A stretch of DNA of 64,000 bases from assembly GCF_964355755.1 (NCBI RefSeq), contig NC_092680.1, forward strand, positions 20,779,045-20,843,044, in the 5' to 3' direction. The notes under the pieces were generated by a model. It was not told where the DNA came from and ran no database searches. It saw only the letters and a list, made by a program, of their open reading frames with translations. Below are positions 1 through 13,616 of the stretch, one piece after another (position 1 is the first letter of the stretch; every line of letters begins with the position of its first letter). A program made the translations under genes and the position numbers. The DNA comes from Antedon mediterranea (Eukaryota; Animalia; Echinodermata).

Positions 1-756
1 TTCAAATAGTGTTAACAAACAATAGGTCTGTATTACCACCAGTGTAAAGAACGTCCTGGTATTTGAACAAATGTACCAACAATTTAACTTGACTGTAGTT
101 TTGGAAATATAAAAATGTTGTGTTAGAGACATTGTATTTTCGATCATTTTTCAACGACATTTAATGTTCAAAAACAATAAATATTTATAAATTATTTACT
201 GTTTTTGAGATCTTATATCAAGTCTCTACACACTTTGTAAATATTTCATAAATGATAGAAACGATCCGTCGGGTTGCAGACAAATATAAATACTGTAGTC
301 ATTATTTGCTGTCGGAAGTTCGGCAACATTATTCCGTAAAAGCAGAGGCTGATATAAACTACTTAAAAAAGTCATTATTTTATTTTTTTAAAACAAGGGT
401 GTTACTAACACACCTGCTTCCATGATAGCCACATCTGTGTAGATAATAACTTAGTAGTTCAATTGGCAGTGAGGCAAGACAAAATTTATGCAGCAAGACA
501 TTATTTTACATCAAAGATCAAAGAGCTTATAAATACCAATCAAGCACCGAATAGTCATTTAATTGTTGCTAATTTGCAACTGTCATCGGAAGAGTGTTGG
601 TGAGATAATATAAAAAAGGGTGAATACAGATGACATATATTAATATCTGTTGAGGGTTAGGGCTATCTATTTAGATATATTATAAAAGTATAAATAATTG
701 ATTGATACTATCATTGCATAGTACAGCATGCTAAGATATGCCTCGCACGTTTTGAA

Positions 757-3700
757 ATTGTAAACTATATACAGCATGTCTATGGAAAGAGGTAAACAGA
801 ATAATTAAAGCAGTAAACATAAATTGTAAACTATACAGTATGTCTATGGAAAGAGATAAACAGAATAATTAAAGCAGTAAACATACATTGTAAACTATAC
901 AGTATGTCTATGGAAAGAGGTAAACAGAATAATTAAAGCAGTAAACATACATTGTAAACTATACAGTATGTCTATGGAAAGAGATAAACAGAATAATTAA
1001 AGCAAAACATACATTGTAAACTATACAGTATGTCTATGGAAAGAGATAAACAGAATAATTAAAGCAGTAAACATACATTGTAAACTATACAGTATGTCTA
1101 TGGAAAGAGATAAACAGAATAATTAAAGCAGTAAACATACATTGCAAACTATACAGTATGTCTATGGAAAGAGATAAACAGAATAATTAAAGCAGTAAAC
1201 ATACATTGTAAACTATACAGTATGTCTATGGAAAGAGATAAACAGAATAATTAAAGCAGTAAACATACATTGTAAACTATACAGTATGTCTATGGAAAGA
1301 GATAAACAGAATAATTAAAGCAGTAAACATACATTGTAAACTATACAGTATGTCTATGGAAAGAGATAAACAGAATAATTAAAGCAGTAAACATACATTG
1401 TAAACTATACAGTATGTCTATGAAAGAGATAAACAGAATAATTAAAGCAGTAAACATACATTGTAAACTATACAGTATGTCTATGGAAAGAGATAAACAG
1501 AATAATCAAAGCAGTAAACATACATTGTAAACTATACAGAATGTCTATGGAAAGAGATAAACAGAATAATTAAAGCAGTAAACATACATTGTAAACTATA
1601 CAGTATGTCTATGGAAAGAGGTAAACAGAATAATTAAAGCAGTAAACATACATTGTAAACTATACAGTATGTCTATGGAAAGAGATAAACAGAATAATTA
1701 AAGCAGTAAACATACATTGTAAACTATACAGTATGTCTATGGAAAGAGGTAAACAGAATAATTAAAGCAGTAAACATACATTGTAAACTATACAGTATGT
1801 CTATGGAAAGAGGTAAACAGAATAATTAAAGCAGTAAACATACATTGTAAACTATACAGTATGTCTATGGAAAGAGATAAACAGAATAATCAAAGCAGTA
1901 AACATACATTGTAAACTATACAGTATGTCTATGGAAAGAGATAAACAGAATAATTAAAGCAGTAAACATACATTGTAAACTATACAGTATGTCTATGGAA
2001 AGAGATAAACAGAATAATCAAAGCAGTAACCATACATTGTAAACTATACAGTATGTCTATGGAAAGAGATAAACAGAATAATTAAAGCAGTAAACATACA
2101 TTGTAAACTGTACAGTATGTCTATGGAAAGAGATAAACAGAATAATTAAAGCAGTAAACATACATTGTAAACTATACAGTATGTCTATGGAAAGAGATAA
2201 ACAGAATAATCAAAGCAGTAAACATACATTGTAAACTATACAGAATGTCTATGGAAAGAGATAAACAGAATAATTAAAGCAGTAACCATACATTGTAAAC
2301 TATACAGTATGTCTATGGAAAGAGATAAACAGAATAATTAAAGCAGTAAACATACATTGTAAACTATACAGTATGTCTATGGAAAGAGGTAAACAGAATA
2401 ATTAAAGCAGTAACCATACATTGTAAACTGTACAGTATGTCTATGGAAAGAGATAAACAGAATAATTAAAGCAGTAAACATACATTGTAAACTATACAGT
2501 ATGTCTATGAAAGAGATAAACAGAATAATTAAAGCAGTAAACATACATTGTAAACTATACAGTATGTCTATGGAAAGAGATAAACAGAATAATTAAAGCA
2601 GTAAACATACATTGTAAACTATACAGTATGTCTATGGAAAGAGATAAACAGAATAATTAAAGCAGTAAACATACATTGTAAACTATACAGTATGTCTATG
2701 GAAAGAGATAAACAGAATAATTAAAGCAGTAAACATACATTGTAAACTATACAGTATGTCTATGGAAAGAGATAAACAGAATAATTAAAGCAGTAAACAT
2801 ACATTGTAAACTATACAGTATGTCTATGGAAAGAGATAAACAAAATAATTAAAGCAGTAAACATACATTGTAAACTATACAGTATGTCTATGGAAAGAGA
2901 TAAACAGAATAATTAAAGCAGTAAACATACATTGTAAACTGTACAGTATGTCTATGGAAAGAGATAAACAGAATAATTAAAGCAGTAAACATACATTGTA
3001 AACTATACAGTATGTCTATGGAAAGAGATAAACAGAATAATCAAAGCAGTAAACATACATTGTAAACTATACAGAATGTCTATGGAAAGAGATAAACAGA
3101 ATAATTAAAGCAGTAACCATACATTGTAAACTATACAGTATGTCTATGGAAAGAGATAAACAGAATAATTAAAGCAGTAAACATACATTGTAAACTGTAC
3201 AGTATGTCTATGGAAAGAGATAAACAGAATAATATAAGCAGTAAACATACATTGTAAACTATACAGTATGTCTATGGAAAGAGATAAACAGAATAATCAA
3301 AGCAGTAAACATACATTGTAAACTATACAGTACGTCTATGGAAAGAGATAAACAGAATAATTAAAGCAGTTAACATACATTGTAAACTATACAGTACGTC
3401 TATGGAAAGAGGTAAACAGAATAATTAAAGCAGTAAACATACATTGTAAACTGTACAGTATGTCTATGGAAAGAGGTAAACAGAATAATTAAAGCAGTAA
3501 ACATACATTGTAAACTATACAGTATGTCTATGGAAAGAGATAAACAGAATAATCAAAGCAGTAAACATACATTGTAAACTATACAGTATGTCTATGGAAA
3601 GAGATAAACAGAATAATTAAAGCAGTAAACATACATTGTAAACTATACAGTATGTCTATGGAAAGAGATAAACAGAATAATTAAAGCAGTAAACATACAT

Positions 3701-4410
3701 TGTAAACTGTACAGTATGTCTATGGAAAGAGATAAACAGAATAATATAAGCAGTAAACATACATTGTAAACTATACAGAATGTCTATGGAAAGAGATAAA
3801 CAGAATAATTAAAGCAGTAAACATACATTGTAAACTATACAGTATGTCTATGGAAAGAGATAAACAGAATAATTAAAGCAGTAAACATACATTGTAAACT
3901 ATACAGTATGTCTATGGAAAGAGATAAACAGAATAATTAAAGCAGTAAACATACATTGTAAACTATACAGTATGTCTATGGAAAGAGATAAACAGAATAA
4001 TTAAACCAGTAAACATACATTGTAAACTATACAGTACGTCTATGGAAAGAGATAAACAGAATAATCAAAGCAGTAAACATACATTGTAAACTATACAGTA
4101 TGTCTATGGAAAGAGATAAACAGAATAATTAAAGCAGTAAACATACATTGTAAACTATACAGTATGTCTATGGAAAGAGATAAACAGAATAATTAAAGCA
4201 GTAAACATACATTGTAAACTATACAGTATGTCTATGGAAAGAGATAAACAGAATAATTAAAGCAGTAAACATACATTGTAAATAAACTATACAGTATGTC
4301 TATGAAAGAGATAAACAGAATAATTAAAGCAGTAAACATACATTGTAAACTATACAGTAAGTCTATGGAAAGAGAGATACACAGAATAACTAAAGCAGTA
4401 TACATACATT
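757..4410. repeat. 64-bp tandem satellite, ~57 copies
   Basis: Unit CATTGTAAACTATACAGTATGTCTATGGAAAGAGATAAACAGAATAATTAAAGCAGTAAACATA repeats head-to-tail with few substitutions. Confidence 0.97.
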
Positions 4411-4947
4411 TTCCAGTTATTTTCTTTTAAAAAGCTTTTATTTGAAACTGACAACGATTACATCAATAAATTATACACGTTAGAAGCATTCTGTATCTAT
4501 AAGTAAAGATTATAAGTCTACTAGAAAAAGATAAAAAAAATACCTTGTTGAAAAGTGGATTTTTATTTTTTCCTTGTAAATAGATGATTTTGAATATAAC
4601 TTGTATTGTAAATGGAGATATATGCTTTGTAATTGTTTATTAAAAAATTGTTAATTTAAAATATGTTTCGTAAATAGATGCTTTGAAAAAAAAGGTAATT
4701 TGTGGAAATATGTTTTGTAAATAGAATTGATGAGTAAATAAAACTTATGTTAAAGGGTGAAAAATAGTATTTTATAGAAAAGAGAGAAATGCATTGTTAA
4801 ATATATGTTTGATTAAAACAAATGCAATTAGTAGAAAATATGAATTTTTTAGATATAATAACCAATGAGCAGACAGTACTGTTTGGATCTTATTATATCT
4901 CGTGATTGCAGCTCAGGTTTTGAAATGATACTATGTACAGTACCACA

Positions 4948-5385
4948 GAACTAACTAACAAGCCTGTTAGTGGCGATGATTTGCTGAACTAACTAACTAA
5001 CTAACCAGCCTGTTAATGGCGAAGATGATTCGCTGAACTAACTAACTAACAAGCCTGTTAGTGGCGATGATTTGCTGAACTAACTAACTAACCAGCCTGT
5101 TAATGGCGAAGATGATTCGCTGAACTAACTAACTAACCAGCCTGTTAGTGGCGAAGATGATTCGCTGAACTAACTAACTAACCAGCCTGTTATGGTGATG
5201 ATTCGCTGACCTAACTAACTAACCAGCCTGTTTAGTGGCAATGATTCGCTGAACTAACTAACTAACCAGCCTGTTAGTGGTGATGATTCGCTGAACTAAC
5301 TAACAAACCAGCCTGTTATTAGTGGCAATGATTCGCTGAACTAACTAACAAACCAGCCTGTTATTAGTGGCAATGATTCGCTGTT
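4948..5385. repeat. Minisatellite, ~42-50-bp variable unit with (AACT)n core
   Basis: GAACTAACTAACTAACCAGCCTGTTAGTGGCGA(AGA)TGATTCGCT repeated ~9-10 times. Confidence 0.9.
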
Positions 5386-5424
5386 GGTCTGGAACGAAAT
5401 TAAGAATAAAGAATACACAATACC

Positions 5425-5633
5425 TGTATAGGCTGAGTCAGTTATGTGGGACATTGTACACTGATTATGAACACAAAGAGTGCACAAACTCAATGTATAG
5501 GCTGAGTCAGTTATGTGGGACATTGTACACTGATTATGAACATAAAGAGTGCACAAACTCAATGTATAGGCTGAGTCAGTTATGTGGGACATTGTACACT
5601 GATTATGAACACAAAAAGTGCACAAACTCAATG
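5425..5633. repeat. 69-bp tandem repeat, 3 copies
   Basis: TGTATAGGCTGAGTCAGTTATGTGGGACATTGTACACTGATTATGAACAC... x3; explains ORFs 5341-5631 and 5367-5669. Confidence 0.9.
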
Positions 5634-6384
5634 AGCGTGCTATGCAAAGTACAAATTAAGCATAGATAGCCTATATATAAATCCAAAGCCAAATTTGTAC
5701 AGATAAAACATAGAATGGGACAAACCCAGATGAGATGTTAAAATGGATGGATTTATTTAACATAAAATGGGTTACTAGATAATCTGTATTAAGAAATGTA
5801 TACGAGTATAAATTATGTATGTAGATGATGTAAAAAAAGAATTATGTTACTAAGGAAAATAATAAGTTTGTGTTTTAATCGAAAATGAGTTTTAAAAATG
5901 ATATGTATAAAAAGAGGAATGCAATATTAGTAGAATTTACAAGTTAAACAGATGAAAAAATAATGGAAAGAGTAATATGTAAAGAAAGGAATACAACTTT
6001 AAAAAAATTGTATGTAATGTAAACAGATAAAAACAAATATTGTAAATAGAATAATAGAATAATATATATAGTGTATAGAAATGAAAATGTGTTTAGAGAC
6101 AAATATATATGTAAAGAGGAGCACGTATATGGAAATAAAAGTGGGAAGAACCCACATAAAATAAAATTTACTGTAAAATGTAAAATTTTAATTTCTAAGT
6201 TTTAAAAGGGTTATGGAGATATGGCCATTTGGTCGCCATTTTGAACTTGGGGCTGTTACCATGGTTACGGGATTGTGAAAATGTGTTACCTAGCATTTTT
6301 GGTATCCTAGCACCATAATAAAGTGAAATCAAGTGAAATCTCACTTTGGGCATTAAAATCCTACGGAAATACACGAGGACCCTG

Positions 6385-6806
6385 AATATTAGGACGAAAC
6401 GTACGACATAAGCACAACGCAATTGACCAATGACAAGCATTGGAGTAATCAAAAATAATCATTTCATTTCATTTATTTATTTGACCAACAAAGTGACATA
6501 ATATACAATGTATAAAGATGAATTGGTCAGGAACTGCTAAAGTAATTAATACTATGTAACTAAGAGTCAGCAGTCCCATGATCTTAACTAAAATAAATAT
6601 ATAATATATAATAAATAAAGTAAAAAGCTGTGAGTAGGCCTATACAGACAAAAAGAACAAATATGATATACAAAAAAATTGAATTAAATATACAAAAAAA
6701 AAAGAATTAAAGAAAATTATCATGAAGGAAAGAGTCAAAAGATGATAAAAGATGAGGAAAAGATTCAGTAACATTGGGGCTTGCGTTGCGTCCTAGTTGG
6801 AACCCT
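6385..6806. mobile_element. Degenerate MITE (same family as 52208-52333) split by an inserted A-rich LINE-like tail
   Basis: AATTGACCAATGACAAG (~6421) and TTGCGTTGCGTCCTAGTTGGAACC (~6781) match internal and terminal motifs of the 52.2-kb MITE. Confidence 0.5.
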
Positions 6807-7552
6807 ACTGTACATCGCTAAAAATATTAATTTCCTCTCATAGAGTTAGTGCGCACGCTATACGAATAATGTGAGTGTGATTTTTACATTTTACCAATGA
6901 AAGTGTGGGAGCATCAATCGCCTCTTTGATCTCTAGAAAGCTGCAAGATGGCTTCTGTAGCAGCAGCAGCACGAATATCGGCTGCACAACTTTGTGTCTG
7001 CACAATGCAAAAACTTTTCTACGGATCTCCTCCATGTGGTAGTACCTACCTTATCCTATCTGTCTCATGCAGTTCCGTAGAATTTAGATTGAGTAACAGT
7101 AGTTACTGTTCCATTCTATCTTATAGAAGATACCATGAAGAGTTTTAACACGAAATGTCTGATTTCATGGGTAGATTGTTAAGCGTCGGTAGTTATTTCC
7201 GGGTGTGTTAATCCCTTTGCAACAAAGAATGCACAACACACCGCTTGTGTCAAGCTAGCCGACAATAAGCCAGCCGACAATAAGCCAGCCCACTTTTATT
7301 TTTTCCAGCCGACAATAACTAACCTACACCTTTCATTCTTTCGGTAAATAAATCGTCATGCTGACGAAACTGGCATTATCTACTTATTATATACGGAGAG
7401 CCATTTATGCATTTAAACTTTTAAAATAAAAATAGTACTACGGTGTAGGGCCTAACTGCTCCAGTGGATCCAATTTGGCACAGCGGGAGCACAGTGAAAA
7501 GTCACTAAAGTGTAATATCTTTTCGATGTACACTATGCTCCATTGGACTCAA

Positions 7553-8950
7553 TTTGATCACACTATTTTACTTTCAAATCTCTTTAACTAATGGTATCCT
7601 GGCATTACTCTTGACCTATTCAAAGACTATCTGTCCAATCGACTTACATACAGTATATCAACAATGTTCTGATTTTAAAACCTATTGTTTGTGGTGTAGG
7701 CCTACTTCAAGGGTCTGTATTAGGTTTTTTAGGTGTTAAGCATACACAATTTCTTGGAGTACAAATAGACGAAAAACTAACCTTAAAAACCCATATTAAA
7801 GAAATCGAAACTAAAATTTCTAAAAAATATTGGAATTTTATATCGTCTAATTCCCTTTACTTATCCAAACAAATCCTTTGCATTATTTATTGTTCACTTA
7901 TTTTACCTTTTATTTCTTACTCCAATCTTGTCTCGTCAAACAACTATATTTCAAACCTCAACAATATTATGTTTAATCTCCAAAAAAAAAACCCATTCGC
8001 CTCATCTCTGGTGCATCACGCCTAGATCACACGAGTGTGCTTTTCTCTTATTAGTTAGTTTATAGAAGAAAGAGAGATTCTCTGATCCAAGTATTTAAAA
8101 TACTGAAAGGATTCGGTAAATTGGACATTGAAACCTTTTTTAATATGTCAACTATCCATTATACTAGAGGTCATTCTTTCAAACTATGAAGCCGCGGGTC
8201 AAAACTAAATGGGGATCAAATAATTTTGGAGCAAGAGTTGGAACGCCGCTTGCCGAGAGTTGTTGTAGAGTCAAAGTCATTGAATCAGTTTAAGTCTAAT
8301 TTGAAAGAACACTGAAAAACCACCACCAGAAGTTTCAGCCGTATGTAAGAGATTTGTAATTCCAGAGAGGCGAATAAGCAATTTGCTTTAGCCTTAATTT
8401 CAAGCTAATTATCTTAAATCGTTAACTGAACAACATCAATATATCCTCCAACAATGCACTCGTCAATTGTCTACTTCCCACTAAAATTGCTTGCAGCTTC
8501 ATAAAAACAATAACATCATAGCGTGATCTTCTTGTAACTTACCAAATTAACATTATGCAACATAATATCCGTTATTATTAGCACCAAATTATATAATGAT
8601 CTCCCTGACAAAATTATGATACCTTCAAAAAAATATTTTCTTTTAAATTAAAAAAAAAAAGGAGTAACACATTTATTTGGTTTTCTGTGATTCCATAGTA
8701 TAAACATGGTCTTGTCTTGTTGAGTGCTTTTCTTGTTTGTCCTATTTTCTTTATGCATGTTAAATTAAACATAAACATGATTGCAACTTCTTTGTTTTCT
8801 TTTTCTTAACTAGCTACCCGTCACAAGTTTGTTTGGACGGAGACCTTCAAATGTTGTTACTTCCTGGGTTTTGCCTCTTTATTATTTATATTTGTATTAT
8901 GTTACCTTGAAAGAGAAAAAGAAATAGAAATAATATTTTTATTTGATTTG
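7553..8950 (+). mobile_element. Degenerate L2/CR1-clade LINE 3' portion with a nested CR1-type 3' end (~8060-8400)
   Basis: Frameshifted RT remnants: DHTILLSNL, LFKDYLSNR, FLGVQIDEKLTLKTHIKEIETKISK..GILYRL, YCSLILP. Nested piece reads LIQVFKILKGF..TRGHSFKL. Ends in an ATTTGATTTG tail. Confidence 0.8.
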
Positions 8951-9149
8951 GCGCCAGTCGAGAGTGATATAAAACATAATTCAAGTCAGTAAATTTTGAT
9001 ATGTGTTCATGTGTTTATTGTTAATACACCGTGCTCCAGTAGTGAACCCTATTTGGTGCCAGTGGACCACAATGAAATGGTCACATACAAAACACATCGA
9101 GAATAAATACTTTTCGAATACAAAAATGTTTCAAATTTGTTGGTATAAT

Positions 9150-9566
9150 GTATATAATAGACCAGCTTCAGATTGGTTCCACCACCCACCCGAAAAGGGC
9201 ATTTGACACAATGTGTGTATATATTATAGACCAGCTTTAGATCTAGCTGGTGCCACCCGAAAAGGACATTACAGTAATGACACAATGTTTGTATATATTA
9301 TAGACCAGCTTCAGATCTAGCCGGTGCCACCCGGAAAGGACATTACAGTAATGACACAATGTTTGTATATATTATAGACCAGCTTTAGATCCAGCTGGTG
9401 CCACCAGGAAAGGACATTACAGTAATGACACAATGTTTGTATATACTATAGACCAGCTTCAGATCTAGCTGGTGCCAACCGAAAAGGACATTCCAATAAT
9501 GACACAATGTTTGTATATATTATAGACCAGCTTTAGATCTAGGACATACAGTAATGACACAATGTT
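9150..9566. repeat. ~74-bp tandem repeat, ~5.5 copies
   Basis: TATATTATAGACCAGCTTYAGATCTAGCTGGTGCCACCCGAAAAGGACATTACAGTAATGACACAATGTTTG recurs. Confidence 0.9.
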
Positions 9567-10302
9567 TTCTTGAGTCCTATATATTATTATGTGTGAACAG
9601 GAAAGTTCAGGTAAACGTTTCAGGTACCCAAAACAAAAAAAAAAGTGTAAAAAATAGATCCAGAAATTAAAAGAAAGAAAAATAAATAAATCAAAATCAA
9701 TGTTTTTGTTGTTGAAAACTTTCTAATGGTACTCTAATGGGTTGTGTAGAATTACCATCAGCATCTTGGAAATACTACTCAAGTTAAGGATCAGGGTGGA
9801 TTTGAGGTTTGTAGAAATTATTTTCTAGTCAGGGCTGTGCTTTTTTTTTCAGTCAGGGTTGCGTAAGTTAGGTTTACTCGTTGGCTCCTACTGTAATCGT
9901 CGTTGGAAGATACATAAGCATATCACGGAGGCATTCGAGAGAGACTACTGTCTCAGAATTATATTGCTGACTGCAACTGCAGAATGACGTAAACAAACAT
10001 ATGCATGTCTATGACAATAAACTACATGGTTACATTCAGTTTATACTCATCGTATGATATTGTTAAATTGTGTTGTACGAGATTTAGTATACAGTAAACA
10101 AGGCAAAACCATTTTAAATTCAATAAAACTCTATGGCACTATCTATGATGATGATAAAACAATACATCTGCATTTTTTACAGTTCAGTGTATAACTTAAT
10201 TCTTAAATTCCATATTTTGGTGATTTTTTTAGCTCTATCTGTACCTATTCGGCCTATACGATACGATATAAATACATCTGAATATATTAATTACAATTCT
10301 AT

Positions 10303-11600
10303 TTACAATTCTGACATTTCACTGGATGTTGTTTTTGTCTGAGATCCTTCAGATGATTCTGTACAAAGACAAAACAAGAAATTAACATTTTAATAATTTT
10401 AACAAACAATATATTATGACACAAACAATGGAAATAAAATAATAAAATTAGGCCTAGCATAATTATTGAGTAAATACTGGGAAACAGAAAGTTCTACTGC
10501 CAGCAATAGACTGAATTTAATATATAGCATGCAGGCGTCGTGCCATCAGAGAAGAAGATTACGGTAGCTTATTGCCGATTGTTTTAGTGTTTAGTGATGA
10601 ATATATAGCATGCAGGCGTCGTGCCATCAGAGAAGAAGATTACGATAGCTTATTGCCGATTGTTTTAGTGTTTAGTGATGAATATATAGCATGCAGGCGT
10701 CGTGCCATCAGAGAAGAAGATTACGGTAGCTTATTGCCGATTGTTTTAGTGTTTAGTGATGAATATATAGCATGCAGGCGTCGTGCCATCAGAGAAGAAG
10801 ATTACGGTAGCTTATTGCCGATTGTTTTAGTGTTTAGTGATGAATATATAGCATGCAGGCGTCGTGCCATCAGAGAAGAAGATTACGGTAGCTTATTGCC
10901 GATTGTTTTAGTGTTCAGTGATGAATATATAGCATGCAGGCGTCGTGCCATCAGAGAAGAAGATTACGGTAGCTTATTGCCGATTGTTTTAGTGTTCAGT
11001 GATGAATATATAGCATGCAGGCGTCGTGCCATCAGAGAAGAAGATTACGGTAGCTTATTGCCGATTGTTTTAGTGTTCAGTGATGAATATATAGCATGCA
11101 GGCGTCGTGCCATCAGAGAAGAAGATTACGATAGCTTATTGCCGATTGTTTTAGTGTTCAGTGATGAATATATAGCATGCAGGCGTCGTGCCATCAGAGA
11201 AGAAGATTACGATAGCTTATTGCCGATTGTTTTAGTGTTCAGTGATGAATATATAGCATGCAGGCGTCGTGCCATCAGAGAAGAAAATTACGATAGCTTA
11301 TTGCCGATTGTTTTAGTGTTCAGTGATGAATATATAGCATGCAGGCGTCGTGCCATCAGAGAAGAAGATTACGGTAGCTTATTGCCGATTGTTTGTGTTT
11401 AGAATACTGATGATGAAACAATTGAGATTTAATCAAGATGAGTTAATGGTGAAACAAACATGAACTTACCTGTTGCAAAAAGCGCTTGACATGAGCAGTA
11501 TTCATAGCCTTCTTTCTTCCACATGGAACAGAATCCTTTTGCAAACACTTGTCAAGATCAATTAAGTGATGGTGGTCATATACATTACAATTACAACAAT
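10303..11600 (-). pseudogene. Relic 3' end of a paralogous ROCO gene: last COR exon fragment plus a short terminal exon
   Basis: 11470-11600 encodes HLIDLDKCLQKDSVPCGRKKAMNTAHVKRF, matching HLIDLDKCLKNDSVPCGRRTNMNTAHIKRF at 15083-15190, with a GTAAGT donor. 10303-10358 follows an AG and starts AATCATC like the DED exon, reading ESSEGSQTKTTSSEMSEL*. Confidence 0.65.
10519..11395. repeat. 81-bp tandem repeat, ~11 copies
   Basis: ATATATAGCATGCAGGCGTCGTGCCATCAGAGAAGAAGATTACGRTAGCTTATTGCCGATTGTTTTAGTGTTYAGTGATGA; source of the 276-aa repetitive ORF. Confidence 0.95.
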
Positions 11601-11996
11601 CAATTCCCATGAACTTGTATTGCAAACATGCTTAGGCCTAATTTATCTCATAACGATCTCTATGCTTGTCTGAAGTTTGAATGTACTGCTGATAAACTTG
11701 CTATTATTGAATTCCGCGCAGCGGCACTTAATTGTAATTTAAAAAATCAAAACCCCGCAAAATGCTCTGTTGTGCCATCCACTTTTGAAGACGCGTGTGT
11801 GCGCGCGTTGCTGAATCAATTCTTGTTATATAAAGGTATATATATATAAATCGAAGTACTGTTGTAAGTTACAGTAGGCCCTACTTTGTAAAATCTCGAG
11901 TGCGCAGGGCTATTTATAAGAACAAGCATACCCAAGTTTCTTTTGATGATTCACCTGCTTGTGTGTTATAATATTATAGGGAGAAATACGTGTGTA

Positions 11997-12110
11997 CTGT
12001 CGCACTTTATAGTAATCGTCGCACTTTGTAATACCTGTCGATATTTGTAACAAAACTATCCTATACTTTGTAATATTACAAAGTACGATGATTATTACAA
12101 AGTGCGACAG
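11997..12110. mobile_element. Small MITE with TA target-site duplication
   Basis: TA|CTGTCGCACTTT ... AAAGTGCGACAG|TA terminal inverted repeats with internal subrepeats. Confidence 0.7.
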
Positions 12111-12745
12111 TAGGCTTACGTACGTCCTGGTGTCTTCAAACTGACATGTTTACTCAATATAACAATTAAAACATTTGAAAATTACTAGCATTCAGATTCT
12201 AATTTATTAAAATGTATCATTCTGTATGGACTAAACTAATAATTCACTACAGTATATTTTATATGAAATATGTCTTTAAATATACATATAAACACAATCA
12301 CTTTAAATTTGATGAAATCTTAGTAGCAAACTCAAACATATAAAAGCATAATAAAAAATAAATATATAGTAATAAAAAATACATACTTTAACATTAGGAG
12401 TAAAAAAAAAAATAGTTTTTTATTTACATACATAAGATGATATGCCAGTTTTCATAACAAATTTCTGTTAATTCTTTGTAATAGACAAATAAAGATACTA
12501 TGACTATGACTACATAGAGATCCAATGAGATAATCTTAAATACAAAACTACTATGGTACAATGTTGTAATAAAGGGAAAATGTAGAATCAATTGTGGTCT
12601 GATTGTTGTGATTTCCAGTTCTATTTCTGTAGCATATTTATATATATTACTCAATGGTTGGTCAAGTTATGATTGGGCCTGGGTGCTAAACTACACTTTT
12701 CATCTCTTAATTTCAATGTGGTGACTTCTGGGTGCTTTAAACAGA

Positions 12746-13302
12746 AAATAACCTATAGTTACAATACCAACTGTCAATTACCAAATAACCTATAGATACA
12801 ATACCAACTGTCAATTACCAAATAACCTATAGTTAAAATACCAACTGTCAATTACCAAATAACCTATAGATACAATACCAACTGTCAATTACCAAATAAC
12901 CTATAGATAAAATACCAACTGTCAATTACCAAATAAGCTATAGATAAAATACCAACTGTCAATTACCAAATAACCTATAGATACAATACCAACTGTCAAT
13001 TACCAAATAACCTATAGTTAAAATACCAACTGTCAATTACCAAATAACCTATAGATACAATACCAACTGTCAATTACCAAATAACCTATAGTTACAATAC
13101 CAACTGTCAATTACCAAATAACCTATAGATAAAATACCAACTGTCAATTACCAAATAACCTATAGTTACAATACCAACTGTCAATTACCAAATAACCTAT
13201 AGTTACAATACCAACTGTCAATTACCAAATAACCTATAGTTACAATACCAACTGTCAATTACCAAATAACCTATAGATACAATACCAACTGTCAATTACC
13301 AA
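12746..13302. repeat. 37-bp tandem repeat, ~15 copies
   Basis: AAATAACCTATAGWTAMAATACCAACTGTCAATTACC head-to-tail. Confidence 0.95.
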
Positions 13303-13616
13303 GCCAATTTGGTCTAAATAAAAAACCTCTACTTTCACCTATATACAATATTTATAACAACATAATATCAATTATCAGGGTATAATGCCTCTACCTTTTG
13401 ATTACGTAGGCCTCTATGTCCACACACAATCTGCACAGAAGTATATAGAGAATTATGGAGTGGAGAAGATATGCCAACTCTTTAGACAGCAAATCTTCAA
13501 AAGGTTGTCTGGAAATTATAAAAATAAGAACAAAACAAGTCAACTACTTGATATGTGGTTAACCATTGCTGTATTTCCCTAAACTACCGTTATTTTGGTA
13601 ATACTTCAAATCGGGT

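Noticed and set aside
757-4410. CRISPR-like regular array
   Set aside because: No unique spacers and no cas genes; eukaryotic context; it is a plain satellite.
6838-7148. GC-richer patch with ORFs on both strands (MASVAAAAR..)
   Set aside because: No recognisable domain or consistent splice partners; probably a decayed mobile element.
10572-11402. 276-aa repetitive ORF
   Set aside because: By-product of an 81-bp unit without stops in one frame; non-ATG start and no gene context.
12655-13510. Exon-like segments (~13396-13508, ~12655-12736) downstream of the DED exon
   Set aside because: They follow the in-frame TAG at 13617, so at most they are 3'UTR exons; no coding support.
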